DNA from: Candidatus Poribacteria bacterium
GTDB taxonomy: Bacteria; Poribacteria; WGA-4E; PCPOR2b
Length of the DNA: 64,000 nt
Direction: 5' to 3'
Assembly: GCA_022822785.1 (NCBI GenBank)
Contig: JAJEAL010000013.1
Location: 9,118-73,117 of the forward strand
Positions 21,122 through 30,806 of the stretch are shown here, one piece after another. The notes beneath the pieces are model-generated. The model was not told the origin of the DNA, made no database searches, and worked only from the letters and a program-made list of their open reading frames with translations. Numbering within the stretch: position 1 is the first letter of the stretch; each line of letters starts with the position of its first letter. Both the position numbers and the translations under genes were made by a program.

Positions 21122-22336
21122 ATGAAAAATTATCAAATTGGTATAATGGGCACAGTGTTGTTGTGTCTGTCAGGATGTTTCGACATTGATGCTACAAGGA
21201 ACATCATTCGTGACGCATTAGAAGCCACCGATGATACGGATGTTTCAAGTGTTGCTTCTGCTAACACACGATTTGGGTTCAAGCTGCTTCACGATCTTCA
21301 GGAACGAGACTCAGGCGGGAATATATTCATCTCTCCATTAAGTATCTCCATCGCGCTGACGATGACCTACAACGGCGCGGTTGGAGAAACCGAGCGTACC
21401 ATGGCGGAAGTTCTGGAGATAGATGGGTTAGACTTATCAACGATTAATAATTCTAACAAGGCATTACGAAACAGCCTTGAAAACCCTGATCCCAAGGTTG
21501 AAATCTCGATCGCAAATTCGATCTGGTATCGTCAGGGGATGGTATTCAATCCCGACTTCTTAGAACGGAATCGCTCATTTTTTGGAGCGATGGTGGCTGC
21601 GCTTGATTTTAGTTCACCGCAAGGGACGGGAACCATCAACGAATGGGTGGATACAAACACGAACGGCAAAATCCAAAAAATCGTCGATAGGATTAACCCG
21701 CAAACACTGCTCTTTCTGATTAACGCCATCTACTTTAAGGGGAATTGGCAGGATAAGTTCGATCCGTCGAGAACGCGGCAGGGCACTTTTCATCTGTCGG
21801 ATGGGAGTGAGAAGCCGGCACAGATGATGCGTCGAGAGGGAGAGTACCCATATTTCCGTGGCGAGAATTTTGAGGCAACGAGTTTACCGTATGGCGATGG
21901 ACGGTTGAGTATGTATATTTTCTTACCGAATCGTGATTCCAATCTGAATGAATTTTTGAGAAATTTAAACGAGGAAAATTGGGAGGGTTGGATATCACAG
22001 TTACAGGATAGACGGCATGAAATGGTGCTTCCCCGTTTCAAATTGGAGTACGAAGTAAGCCTTAACGACACACTCGAAACACTTGGAATGGGAATTGCTT
22101 TCGGTGGCGGCGCCGATTTTAGCGGTATGGGTCCTAGCCTTTTTATTAGTGAGGTGAAGCATAAAACCTTCGTGAAAGTCAACGAAGAAGGAACGGAAGC
22201 GGCGGCTGTTACTGCTGTCGTAGGCGTTAAGTCTTTGCCACCAGCATTCAGAGTAGACCGTCCCTTCTTTTTCGCCATTTATGACGCTGAAACGGAGACT
22301 ATACTGTTCATGGGAACCGTCACCGAGCCGATGTAG
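21122..22336 (+). CDS. Serpin lipoprotein 2
   Basis: LSGC lipobox; same serpin motifs; RCL EEGTEAAAVTAVVGVKSLPP. Confidence 0.93.
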   Translation: MKNYQIGIMGTVLLCLSGCFDIDATRNIIRDALEATDDTDVSSVASANTRFGFKLLHDLQERDSGGNIFISPLSISIALTMTYNGAVGETERTMAEVLEIDGLDLSTINNSNKALRNSLENPDPKVEISIANSIWYRQGMVFNPDFLERNRSFFGAMVAALDFSSPQGTGTINEWVDTNTNGKIQKIVDRINPQTLLFLINAIYFKGNWQDKFDPSRTRQGTFHLSDGSEKPAQMMRREGEYPYFRGENFEATSLPYGDGRLSMYIFLPNRDSNLNEFLRNLNEENWEGWISQLQDRRHEMVLPRFKLEYEVSLNDTLETLGMGIAFGGGADFSGMGPSLFISEVKHKTFVKVNEEGTEAAAVTAVVGVKSLPPAFRVDRPFFFAIYDAETETILFMGTVTEPM

Positions 22337-22418
22337 TTAGCCGGTAATTCGATCACACCAGGTGAAGAAAATCTATATGTTAAAAGCACAATGATATCTC
22401 ACAGTCACTCAAGCTTGT

Positions 22419-22460
22419 AGTCCTGACAGACAGGGCCGGTTAATGAGTCCTGTTTTTTCT
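22419..22460 (+). terminator. Intrinsic terminator with an alternative (anti-terminator-like) pairing, between serpins 2 and 3
   Basis: ACAGGGC/GTCCTGT stem followed by a T-tract; a second AGTCCTG copy at 22419-22425 can pair with the same CAGGGC. Confidence 0.55.
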
Positions 22461-22497
22461 TTATGTTCTAAAATCTGGTAACGATTGAAAGGCTAAA

Positions 22498-23733
22498 ATG
22501 AGAAATGACTGGACTCGTTTAATTCTTATCGGATATGTAGGTGTAGTGATACTCTGTTTTCTCAGTTGTTCTGGCAGTGATAACCTAACAGATGCCATGA
22601 ACGGTGTATCGGCAACTATCGAGGATCCAGATTTGGCAAGCCTTGCTTCCGCTAACACAGAATTTGGCGTCAAGTTGCTTCAAGATTTGCGAGAACGAAA
22701 ACCCAATACAAATATCTTCATCTCTCCATTGAGCATTTCAATTGCGTTGACCATGACCTTTAACGGCTCGGTTGGAGAAACGGCACGTGCTATGGCAGAA
22801 GTGCTAGCGATAGACATGTTGGACCGAAACGCAGTTAATCGTTCCAACATGACATTACGAGAAAGCCTCAGCAGCCGCGGACCAAAGGTTGAAATTTCGA
22901 TAGCGAACTCAATTTGGTACCGCCAAGATGTGGAACTCAACCTCGACTTTCTAGAGCGTAATCGCCAATTTTTTGAAGCGGAAATTGCCTCACTGGATTT
23001 TGCCGCCTCGCACGCAACAGAAATCATCAACGAATGGGTTGGCACAAACACGAATGGCAAGATTGAGAAAATCATTGACGAGATTGACCCGCTAACATTG
23101 CTTTTACTGATGAACGCCATCTATTTCAAGGGAGGCTGGCAGGATAAGTTCGATAAGTCACAAACACGGGAGGAGATTTTCTATCTATCGGATGGAAGCA
23201 CGAAACCGGTACAGATGATGCACCGGGAAGGAGTATATCCACACTTTCGCGGAGCGAACTTCGAGGCGGCGCGCTTAACCTACGGTGATGGAGACATTAG
23301 CATGTATATTTTTCTCCCCAACCAGAACTCCAACCTCAATGAATTTCTGGACGGTTTTAACGCGGAAAACTGGAAAAACTGGCTGCCACAGTTTTCTCCC
23401 GTACGGATAGACAGTATGATGATACTTCCTCGTTTCAAACTGGAATACGAAGTACAACTCAATGAGCCCCTCAAGGCAATGGGGATGGAAATTGCATTCG
23501 GTGACAGTGCAGATTTTAGCGGCATGGGCCATGGTCTTTCTATCAGTGAGGTGAGACATAAAACGTTCATAGAGGTAAATGAAGAAGGCACGGAGGCAGC
23601 CGCAGTCACTGTTGTTGCTCTCGCCGAGTCTGCCCCGCCGGTCTTTCGGGTAGATCGTCCTTTCTTCTTTACCATTTATGATGCCAAAACGCAGACTATG
23701 TTATTCATCGGAATTGTTACGGAACCGATGTAG
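22498..23733 (+). CDS. Serpin lipoprotein 3
   Basis: FLSC lipobox; serpin motifs; RCL EEGTEAAAVTVVALAESAPP. Confidence 0.93.
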   Translation: MRNDWTRLILIGYVGVVILCFLSCSGSDNLTDAMNGVSATIEDPDLASLASANTEFGVKLLQDLRERKPNTNIFISPLSISIALTMTFNGSVGETARAMAEVLAIDMLDRNAVNRSNMTLRESLSSRGPKVEISIANSIWYRQDVELNLDFLERNRQFFEAEIASLDFAASHATEIINEWVGTNTNGKIEKIIDEIDPLTLLLLMNAIYFKGGWQDKFDKSQTREEIFYLSDGSTKPVQMMHREGVYPHFRGANFEAARLTYGDGDISMYIFLPNQNSNLNEFLDGFNAENWKNWLPQFSPVRIDSMMILPRFKLEYEVQLNEPLKAMGMEIAFGDSADFSGMGHGLSISEVRHKTFIEVNEEGTEAAAVTVVALAESAPPVFRVDRPFFFTIYDAKTQTMLFIGIVTEPM

Positions 23734-23772
23734 GTAGTAGGAAATTTAGTCGCGCACAGCTAATGGAGGCGT

Positions 23773-24119
23773 ATGGCTACTGAGCCTTTGCCAAGGCTGG
23801 ATTCCGACACGGAAATTCGGCAGAAGATATCGACCTATTGCAGGTGCCCGATTTCATGGTCATGATTAAAGAATTTGAGGGCTTAGAGGTGAGAAGTTTC
23901 ATTACGATGCGGAATCAACGGAGGTAAGGCACTCAGAAAAACTGGATGGCGGTTCGACAAGAGCTACTGTACTATACGAAAGGGAATCCCGATTTCACTG
24001 TTATTTATAGGGATATACACAAAATTTTGCGTGGCTATTATAAAACAGTGGGCGGGAAACGAGTGGAAAATTTGGAGCGGATAAGAAAAAGATCGGAAAG
24101 TGACGAACTATACAGATAA
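23773..24119 (+). pseudogene. Decayed site-specific (N4/N6) DNA methyltransferase-like remnant
   Basis: GGAGG RBS + MATEPLPRLDSDTEIRQ, frameshift, then RSFITMRNQRR*GTQKNWMAVRQELLYYTKGNP...LRGYYK..ENLER with an in-frame TAA at 23925. Family assignment is from recalled sequence similarity. Confidence 0.55.
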
Positions 24120-24218
24120 TTTTGAGAAACGGATTGACGATGATAGCAGAGATACCTTCAGCAGTCTAGGTTAAATAAGGAATAATATTCTACCAATTAA
24201 AGAGGAGCAAATCCGGCA

Positions 24219-25652
24219 ATGAGAGACAAAATCACACCCCGTAGTGAGGATTATTCAGAGTGGTACACCGAAGTGATTCGAGAGGCGGAGCTAGCCGATT
24301 ACGCCCCGGTGCGCGGATGTATGGTCATTCGCCCCTATGGTTATGAACTTTGGGAAAATGTGAAGGCGGGGTTAGATCGGCGGTTCAAGGAGACGGGCCA
24401 CGAAAATGCGTATTTTCCGCTGTTTGTGCCGATGAGCTTTATTGAGAAGGAAGCACAGCATGTCGAAGGTTTTGCGCCAGAATTAGCGGTCGTTACGCAC
24501 GGCGGCGGTAAAGAATTAGAAGATCCGCTCGTAGTGCGCCCCACCTCAGAAACGGTAATCGGATACATGTACAGTCAATGGATTCAGTCCTATCGAGATC
24601 TGCCCGTACTGATCAACCAGTGGGCGAACGTCGTACGGTGGGAACTACGCACCCGCTTATTTCTGCGTACGATGGAGTTTCTCTGGCAGGAGGGACATAC
24701 TGCCCATGCCACCGCGGAAGAAGCACAGGAAGAAACGTTACGAATGTTGGATGTATACGCCGATTTCGCTGTGAACGATGCCGCTATCCCAGTCATTCCC
24801 GGCCGCAAGAGTGACAGCGAGAAGTTTCCCGGAGCAGACGCTTCCTACAGTATTGAAGCCATGATGGGAGATCGCCGGGCATTGCAGTCAGGTACGTCGC
24901 ATAACCTTGGACAAAACTTTGCCAAAGCGTTCGACATTCAGTATCAGGACGCGAATGGGACGCAGCAACACTGCTGGACGACCAGTTGGGGTGTGAGCAC
25001 ACGAATGGTTGGCGCAATCATTATGGCTCACGGCGATGACCAAGGGCTGGTCTTGCCGCCGCGTTTGGCACCCACACAGGTAGTGGTCGTACCGATATAT
25101 CGGAAAGACACCGAACGAAGTACAGTGATGGAAGCAACCGAAAAAATTGAAGCTATGCTAGGACAGAACGTACGGTTGAAGGTGGATCAGCGTGACGAGT
25201 ACTCGCCGGGCTGGAAGTTCAACGAGTGGGAGCTCAAGGGGGTGCCGTTACGGATAGAGATTGGACCGAGAGATATTGCAAAAGACCAGGTGGTACTTGC
25301 CCGTCGCGATGTACCGGGACGAGAGGGCAAATCGTTTGTTCCATTAGAGGAACTGGCTGCTATCGTCCCGGATACGCTCACGGATATCCAGGATAGTTTG
25401 CTGGCGCGGGCTACCGAATTCCGCGACACCAATATATCGGAACCGTCCGACTACGACTCATTGCGCGAAACAGTGGCAGAAGGCTTCGCCCGTGCGTGGT
25501 GGTGTGGGGATGTTGCTTGCGAGGATAAGGTCAAAAATGACACTAAAGCGACGACACGCTGTATCCCTTCGGATCAACCCGGCGGCAATGGGGCTTGTAT
25601 TGTGTGTGGCGAACAAGCTGAGGAGATTGCTATCTTTGCGCGGGCTTACTAA
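24219..25652 (+). CDS. proS: Proline--tRNA ligase (archaeal/eukaryote-like family, C-terminal Zn domain)
   Basis: RPTSET, QWANVVRWE, FLRTMEFLWQEGHT, SHNLGQNF, WGVSTR, C-terminal ARAY. Confidence 0.97.
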   Translation: MRDKITPRSEDYSEWYTEVIREAELADYAPVRGCMVIRPYGYELWENVKAGLDRRFKETGHENAYFPLFVPMSFIEKEAQHVEGFAPELAVVTHGGGKELEDPLVVRPTSETVIGYMYSQWIQSYRDLPVLINQWANVVRWELRTRLFLRTMEFLWQEGHTAHATAEEAQEETLRMLDVYADFAVNDAAIPVIPGRKSDSEKFPGADASYSIEAMMGDRRALQSGTSHNLGQNFAKAFDIQYQDANGTQQHCWTTSWGVSTRMVGAIIMAHGDDQGLVLPPRLAPTQVVVVPIYRKDTERSTVMEATEKIEAMLGQNVRLKVDQRDEYSPGWKFNEWELKGVPLRIEIGPRDIAKDQVVLARRDVPGREGKSFVPLEELAAIVPDTLTDIQDSLLARATEFRDTNISEPSDYDSLRETVAEGFARAWWCGDVACEDKVKNDTKATTRCIPSDQPGGNGACIVCGEQAEEIAIFARAY

Positions 25653-25783
25653 AATGGTACGGAACGTGATGAGTAGGAGTTTATTATGGCTTCATTGGTT
25701 CAAGTGAAACTGGAAAGCCAAAAAACGAGATACACGGAGGTTGCAGCATAAGTACCCCGAATAGGATTGGGATTCAGAGCAAT

Positions 25784-26857
25784 ATGCTTACTGCTAGTAT
25801 GCGTCGATTAGTCTCGCTAAGTGCCTTTCTTACCTGTACCATCTTTGGATCGTGGCTGCTAGCGGGGGGGGAAACACCGGCAAGCGAACCCAAGACAACG
25901 ACATCAGCACGGGTTGTTAAAGAAGGTAATGACGACATACTGCATCTTTATACAGCGCTTGACACCAATGAAGCAAAGATCTACATCCGCGCTTTTGAAG
26001 AAGAAACTGGCATTCAGGTACGATGGGTCCGCTTATCCGCAGGAGAGGTGTTGGTGCGGATTAGAAGCGAGCGACTCAATCCACAAGTAGCGCTCTGGTT
26101 TGGTGGACCTTCACCAGAGTTTATCGTCGCTAAAAACGAAGGCTTACTCGCTCCTTATGCGCCGCGTATCAACTTTGAACCGCCACCCGGCACATTCGAC
26201 GAAGAACACTACTGGACAGGCTTCTACTTCGGTGCAATCGGCTTTGCGTCCAACACAGAGATTTTGGAACGCAAGGGGATTTTACCGCCCACCTCATGGT
26301 ACGACCTACTAAAACCCGAATTTAAAGATGAAATCAGCGTCGCTTATGCCTATACATCAGGCACCGCCAACACACTGCTCGCTGCGATTGTGCAGATGAT
26401 GGGTGAGGAGGCGGGGTTCAATTATATTGCACAACTAGACCGAAATGTCCATCACTACAACCGGTCGGGATCGGCGTGTGTGACACAGGTAGGTTTCGGG
26501 GAGGTCGCTGTGGGGATTGCTTTCTCGCACGATATTGTCAAGAAAGGGCCCGCGAAAGGGTATCCGGTTGTGTTGAGCTTTCCGAAGGAAGGAACGGGGT
26601 TCGAGATCGGTGCGATGGCACTTGTTAAAGATGGACAGAATCAAGCCACTGCAAAGCGATTTATGGATTGGGCGCTCTCAGTGCAAGCGCAGAACTTAAT
26701 GCAGAAGTGGTTTCGCACCCCCTTGAATCCGGGAGCCGAAGTCGCTCAAGGAGCTGTAACCGCTGATAAGGTGGAATTAATTGAGTTTGACTCTATTTGG
26801 GCGGCAAATCACCGGCAGAGATTAGTCGAACGGTGGCGAGAAGTTACAGCGCAATGA
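25784..26857 (+). CDS. ABC transporter substrate-binding protein (AfuA/Fe3+/thiamine cluster)
   Basis: Signal peptide; LSAGE, WFGGP, WYDLLKPEFK, TSGTA, FPKEG, FMDWALS. Confidence 0.88.
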   Translation: MLTASMRRLVSLSAFLTCTIFGSWLLAGGETPASEPKTTTSARVVKEGNDDILHLYTALDTNEAKIYIRAFEEETGIQVRWVRLSAGEVLVRIRSERLNPQVALWFGGPSPEFIVAKNEGLLAPYAPRINFEPPPGTFDEEHYWTGFYFGAIGFASNTEILERKGILPPTSWYDLLKPEFKDEISVAYAYTSGTANTLLAAIVQMMGEEAGFNYIAQLDRNVHHYNRSGSACVTQVGFGEVAVGIAFSHDIVKKGPAKGYPVVLSFPKEGTGFEIGAMALVKDGQNQATAKRFMDWALSVQAQNLMQKWFRTPLNPGAEVAQGAVTADKVELIEFDSIWAANHRQRLVERWREVTAQ

Positions 26858-26888
26858 CATACTTCGGCTTCTGAAGAAGTGGAGTATA

Positions 26889-27425
26889 TCAAGTAAAGAG
26901 CTTTGCTACACGGCAACAAAACCCTTTAACAACAGGATCGCCGGCTAAAATGTCGTCGATTGTTAAGAGACTGATGTCCGTAGGTGAACGGTAGGCAATC
27001 ACCGTTTGAGAGAACGGCTCAATTGCCCAAACCAGTTGGGTGCCAGCGTCGAGATATTCAAAGGCTTTTTCGTGCACAGCTTTCATGGCGTCCGTTTCCG
27101 ACACGACTTCAATAGCTAAATCGGGGGGAATGGGGAAATTCTGCCACAGGTCGTCGGGGATGCGTTCCGAGGCAACAAATGCGACATCCGGTTTCCTGCC
27201 TCTATCGCCCACAGTGAATACGGTTTCTGCTGTGTATAGTTTACCCAACTGATGCTCCTTGACATGGTGAAACAAAAGTCCAAGGATTTCTGCTGCGACA
27301 TCTCCATGAATAATCTTCGCTGCTGCCATTGGAATTAATTTTCCTTCTACGAATTCGTAGGATTCATAATCTCCTTCCAAGAATTCTGCCAATGTTGATG
27401 GGTGCTCAATGGCTTGGGTTTCCAT
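26889..27425 (-). CDS. Uma2 family (DUF820) endonuclease-fold protein
   Basis: YEFVEGKLI, KPDVAFV, PDLAIEVVS, YLDAGTQLVW. Confidence 0.9.
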   Translation of the reverse strand: METQAIEHPSTLAEFLEGDYESYEFVEGKLIPMAAAKIIHGDVAAEILGLLFHHVKEHQLGKLYTAETVFTVGDRGRKPDVAFVASERIPDDLWQNFPIPPDLAIEVVSETDAMKAVHEKAFEYLDAGTQLVWAIEPFSQTVIAYRSPTDISLLTIDDILAGDPVVKGFCCRVAKLFT

Positions 27426-27477
27426 GGTGTCTCCTTCATTAGCTGAGGGTGTTGCTGAACAAATTAGTCCTGTAAAG

Positions 27478-28323
27478 CTATCGGCGATAACCCGCTAACT
27501 CTTCCAGACGACGGATGCGTTCGTCCATTGGTGGGTGGGTGCTGAAAAGACCTGCTATGCCGCCGCGCAACGGGTTGACAATGAAGAGATGGGACGTTGC
27601 TTCATTTCCTCGCATCGGGTGCATTTCAACGCCACGTTCAAGTCGGCGAAGCGCATTTGCCAATGCCAACGGATTGCCACAGATTTCTGCGCCACCACGG
27701 TCTGCCGCATATTCACGGGAACGGGAAATTGCAAACTGAATAATCATTGCAGCGATAGGAGCAACAATAATTAAAAATAAAAAACCGAAGATTCCACCGC
27801 TATCTTCCTCGTCATTTCCACCAAAACCACCAAACAGTGCTGCCCATTGCGCCATGTTCGCGATCATCATGACTGCGCCCGCAATTGTGGCAACAATACT
27901 ACTTATCAGAATGTCACGGTGCTTGATATGTGCTAGTTCATGTCCAATAACACCCGCCAATTCATCACGCGATAAGATGCGCATAATTCCGTCCGTTGCG
28001 GCGACCGCCGCGTGCTTTGGATTTCTGCCGGTAGCAAATGCATTTGGCATATCGGTTGGAATCGTATAAACCCGTGGCATCGGTAAACCAGATCTTTCAG
28101 TCTGTTGTTTGACAATCTGATATAATTCACTGTTGGGACTAACTTCCTGCGCTCTATACATTGATAAGACAATCCTATCACTAAACCAGTATGAGCCAAA
28201 GTTCATGATAGCTGCCAAGATGAGGGCGATTGCCATGCCAACTTCCCCACCTAATATGTTGCCAATGAGCATGAGCAGGGCAGTCAACGCAATTAAGAGT
28301 ATTCCAGTCTTTAGGATGTTCAT
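27478..28323 (-). CDS. htpX: Zinc metalloprotease HtpX
   Basis: [15 protein letters not shown] (HExxH), [15 protein letters not shown]. Confidence 0.96.
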   Translation of the reverse strand: MNILKTGILLIALTALLMLIGNILGGEVGMAIALILAAIMNFGSYWFSDRIVLSMYRAQEVSPNSELYQIVKQQTERSGLPMPRVYTIPTDMPNAFATGRNPKHAAVAATDGIMRILSRDELAGVIGHELAHIKHRDILISSIVATIAGAVMMIANMAQWAALFGGFGGNDEEDSGGIFGFLFLIIVAPIAAMIIQFAISRSREYAADRGGAEICGNPLALANALRRLERGVEMHPMRGNEATSHLFIVNPLRGGIAGLFSTHPPMDERIRRLEELAGYRR

Positions 28324-28781
28324 TTTGGGTCATCTCCTTAGATAAATTTAACGGTGTATTATGTGTATTAACCACAGTGAGCAGGCTGCCCACTTTACCC
28401 ATCAGATCTGATATTTTTTATGATGAAGGTAGATTTCGCTTCGCGTCATTTGTTATTGTAACACACCAAAATTGAAATTGGGTTCATAAAATGTGGACTG
28501 TTACCGTTATTTTTAGACGTGAAATAGGCCCTTTAAGTGTAGACTTTTTTTTATTTGCTATGGGTCTTATCCGGTAAAAAGAAGGAATAACGAACCTAGA
28601 ATAGGTAGCCTACGGATTTGCACAAGAAATAATCCTGTCTATTATAGTTGTACCAGCAAACAGGTAGATTCTCAATGCGAATTTTTTGCAATCTGATAGG
28701 GTGGTATGATAACATTATGCGCTTATTCGGCATAACTGATTTTCCCAATGGAGATATCCAACTACAGCCAGGGAGATTCGG

Positions 28782-29657
28782 ATGAAAGAGATTAGGATTC
28801 GTAATCCGCAGGCAGAAGCGCAAGCACTGCTTGAAATGGATGCCAAGCAGGCTGCCCTCCACTTCCAACAATATACCACTGATGAGCAGCTAGCTATCAT
28901 TGAAACAGTTGCGGATGCAAAAAGCCGTGAGGAATTGTATTATCTTGTCCCCGATTGCGCGGATTTAGTGCAGCGGAGTCCAACCGAGAATGTGATGCAG
29001 ATGGCACTCGCACATCTTGGCACTGGACAATCTGCCGGCATTTTGTCTGCAGCGTCCTCTCAGCAGCTTGCAGAGATTGTTGATCTAATTGCCTACCAAG
29101 ATGGCAAATTAGATGAGGTGCGATTTGAGGCATGGCTGATAGAGATGTTACATGCGGACGAAGAGGTGTTTGAAAACATGTTGCGTTCCATCGATCCACA
29201 ACTACTCGGCGAATTTTTCTGGGACCGGCTAGAATTTGCTCCCAGAAAGTCCGATGCAGTACCTTATCCCGCGTTTCTAGTCGAGCAATGCCTTGTGAGT
29301 CCCGAAGACCTCAATTACGACACCGAAGATACCGAACTGCTAATCGAAATGCTTTACGCCGCGGATGGCAATCTGTTCCAATCCCTCATGGAGTATATAT
29401 TCCTCGAAGATGCGACTGCACTAGAAGGCCACGCTAGGGAAATCAAGGCGCGAGCAGCACGAGAAGAAGCCAAAGCTCGCATCGAGGAACGAGACCGAGA
29501 AAAAGGCGTAACTGAAGAAGACTTGGAGAGGTTGGTAGATCTTGACAACGTGCCATTAAACGAGGGACGCTCACTTCAAAGATCCGCCAACGCGGCCCCC
29601 ACCGAAGAGGATTTGGATAAGTTAGTTGACCTAGATAACCTACGGTTGGACGAATAG
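28782..29657 (+). CDS. Acidic helical hypothetical protein, resembles the N-terminal half of DUF6178
   Basis: S.QQL..IVDL.AY.DG.LD....EAWL..ML...D.QLL pattern; duplicated TEEDLxxLVDLDN tail. Confidence 0.5.
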   Translation: MKEIRIRNPQAEAQALLEMDAKQAALHFQQYTTDEQLAIIETVADAKSREELYYLVPDCADLVQRSPTENVMQMALAHLGTGQSAGILSAASSQQLAEIVDLIAYQDGKLDEVRFEAWLIEMLHADEEVFENMLRSIDPQLLGEFFWDRLEFAPRKSDAVPYPAFLVEQCLVSPEDLNYDTEDTELLIEMLYAADGNLFQSLMEYIFLEDATALEGHAREIKARAAREEAKARIEERDREKGVTEEDLERLVDLDNVPLNEGRSLQRSANAAPTEEDLDKLVDLDNLRLDE

Positions 29658-29690
29658 GCAAATTACGTCCTCCACCACGGAATAGCATTA

Positions 29691-30686
29691 ATGGCAAATG
29701 CAAACTCTCTTATCGAATATGACCCACGCTTGTTCCTGTTCAAGGCATTATCTGAACTAGGCGAACTGGAGAATGTTCCGACTGAACGGATTGATGAACT
29801 CAATCGTCAAATCGTTGCAATTATGAACAAACGCTCAATTATGGAGCCGGTTGACATCTCTAAACTATCCGAATTGCAAACAGTTGCGAGGGATGTCGTC
29901 CTCCGACTCAACTTAGGGCTTGAGCACGGAAGCAAACTCAATCTTATACGAGCGAGACATCTGCTGCTTCACAACGATATGATCCGTTTCTACCAAATCG
30001 GGAATACATTGATGACGAAATTGAAGCGCGACGTCGAAGCCATTCAACAACGTGCACGATTGACAATCGCCGAATCGGGAATGGTGCAGATTGGTGCACA
30101 CCCCGAGTCGGTGATGGAAATACCTCTTTTGAGTCAAATGGAGGAAGATTTTCTCTCGGCGCTGATGGATGAGCACCTGATTATAGACGAAGTTGTTGCT
30201 GTCATCGAATCAACGAGGGAGCAAGCACAACCGATTGAACAATTCAGTCAGGTTGAAATCGCCGATGGACTGCTGAAAAATCTAGACTTCCGGCTAGATT
30301 GCCTTCAGACACTCCCACTTTACCTCATAACAAAGGAGAAGGATCTGCGATATGTAGAAAGTATGGAATGGTCAGAAGATCTGGCTGGAAAGATTACGTG
30401 CGGTATGATGGTCAATCTGGCAATCGACGGGAGAAGGCATTTTTGCGTAACGTTTGATAACATTCGCAAATTCAGCGAAAACTGTATCGAAGCAGCTCGG
30501 GTTTCTGAAGCAATTGAGGAGAAACTGCTCGCGTGGTTGATTGAATATTTAGAAACCCATCAGGCAACGGAAGCGGTAATTGATTACGCTTACGATTACT
30601 GGATGTATTGGCTTAATCGGCTAGGTAGGCACTTACAAAAACCGATAGCGGACAGCGACGTATTACGCGACTGGTTTATTCTTTGA
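29691..30686 (+). CDS. Helical hypothetical protein, resembles the C-terminal half of DUF6178
   Basis: LNLGLEH..LNLIRARHLL....RFYQIGNTL pattern; 33 bp after the previous gene. Confidence 0.5.
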   Translation: MANANSLIEYDPRLFLFKALSELGELENVPTERIDELNRQIVAIMNKRSIMEPVDISKLSELQTVARDVVLRLNLGLEHGSKLNLIRARHLLLHNDMIRFYQIGNTLMTKLKRDVEAIQQRARLTIAESGMVQIGAHPESVMEIPLLSQMEEDFLSALMDEHLIIDEVVAVIESTREQAQPIEQFSQVEIADGLLKNLDFRLDCLQTLPLYLITKEKDLRYVESMEWSEDLAGKITCGMMVNLAIDGRRHFCVTFDNIRKFSENCIEAARVSEAIEEKLLAWLIEYLETHQATEAVIDYAYDYWMYWLNRLGRHLQKPIADSDVLRDWFIL

Positions 30687-30753
30687 CAGGGGCGCCCACT
30701 ATCGCCAAGTTTATACGCCTTGAGAGGATAGCCAATCTTGCCATGAGTAAAGC

Positions 30754-30792
30754 GTGAAACGTGAGAGAAGATTCTTCACGTTCCACGTTTCA
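30754..30792. terminator. Hairpin between convergent genes
   Basis: TGAAACGTG (30755-30763) / CACGTTTCA (30784-30792) inverted repeat. Confidence 0.45.
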
Positions 30793-30806
30793 ATGCCTAG
30801 GTTCAC

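Noticed and set aside
22340-22497. Fluoride or other known riboswitch (TAATGAGTCCT resembles the fluoride 3' motif)
   Set aside because: No matching 5' GGCGATG segment or pseudoknot complementarity
19783-23733. Diversity-generating retroelement or shufflon acting on the serpin RCLs
   Set aside because: No reverse transcriptase, recombinase or template repeat; divergence is spread through the genes, as in old duplications
25686-25751. 21-codon ORF MASLVQVKLESQKTRYTEVAA with an AGGAG RBS
   Set aside because: Too short to assign; possibly a gene remnant
28324-28781. CIRCE/heat-shock operator upstream of htpX
   Set aside because: No TTAGCACTC-N9-GAGTGCTAA match
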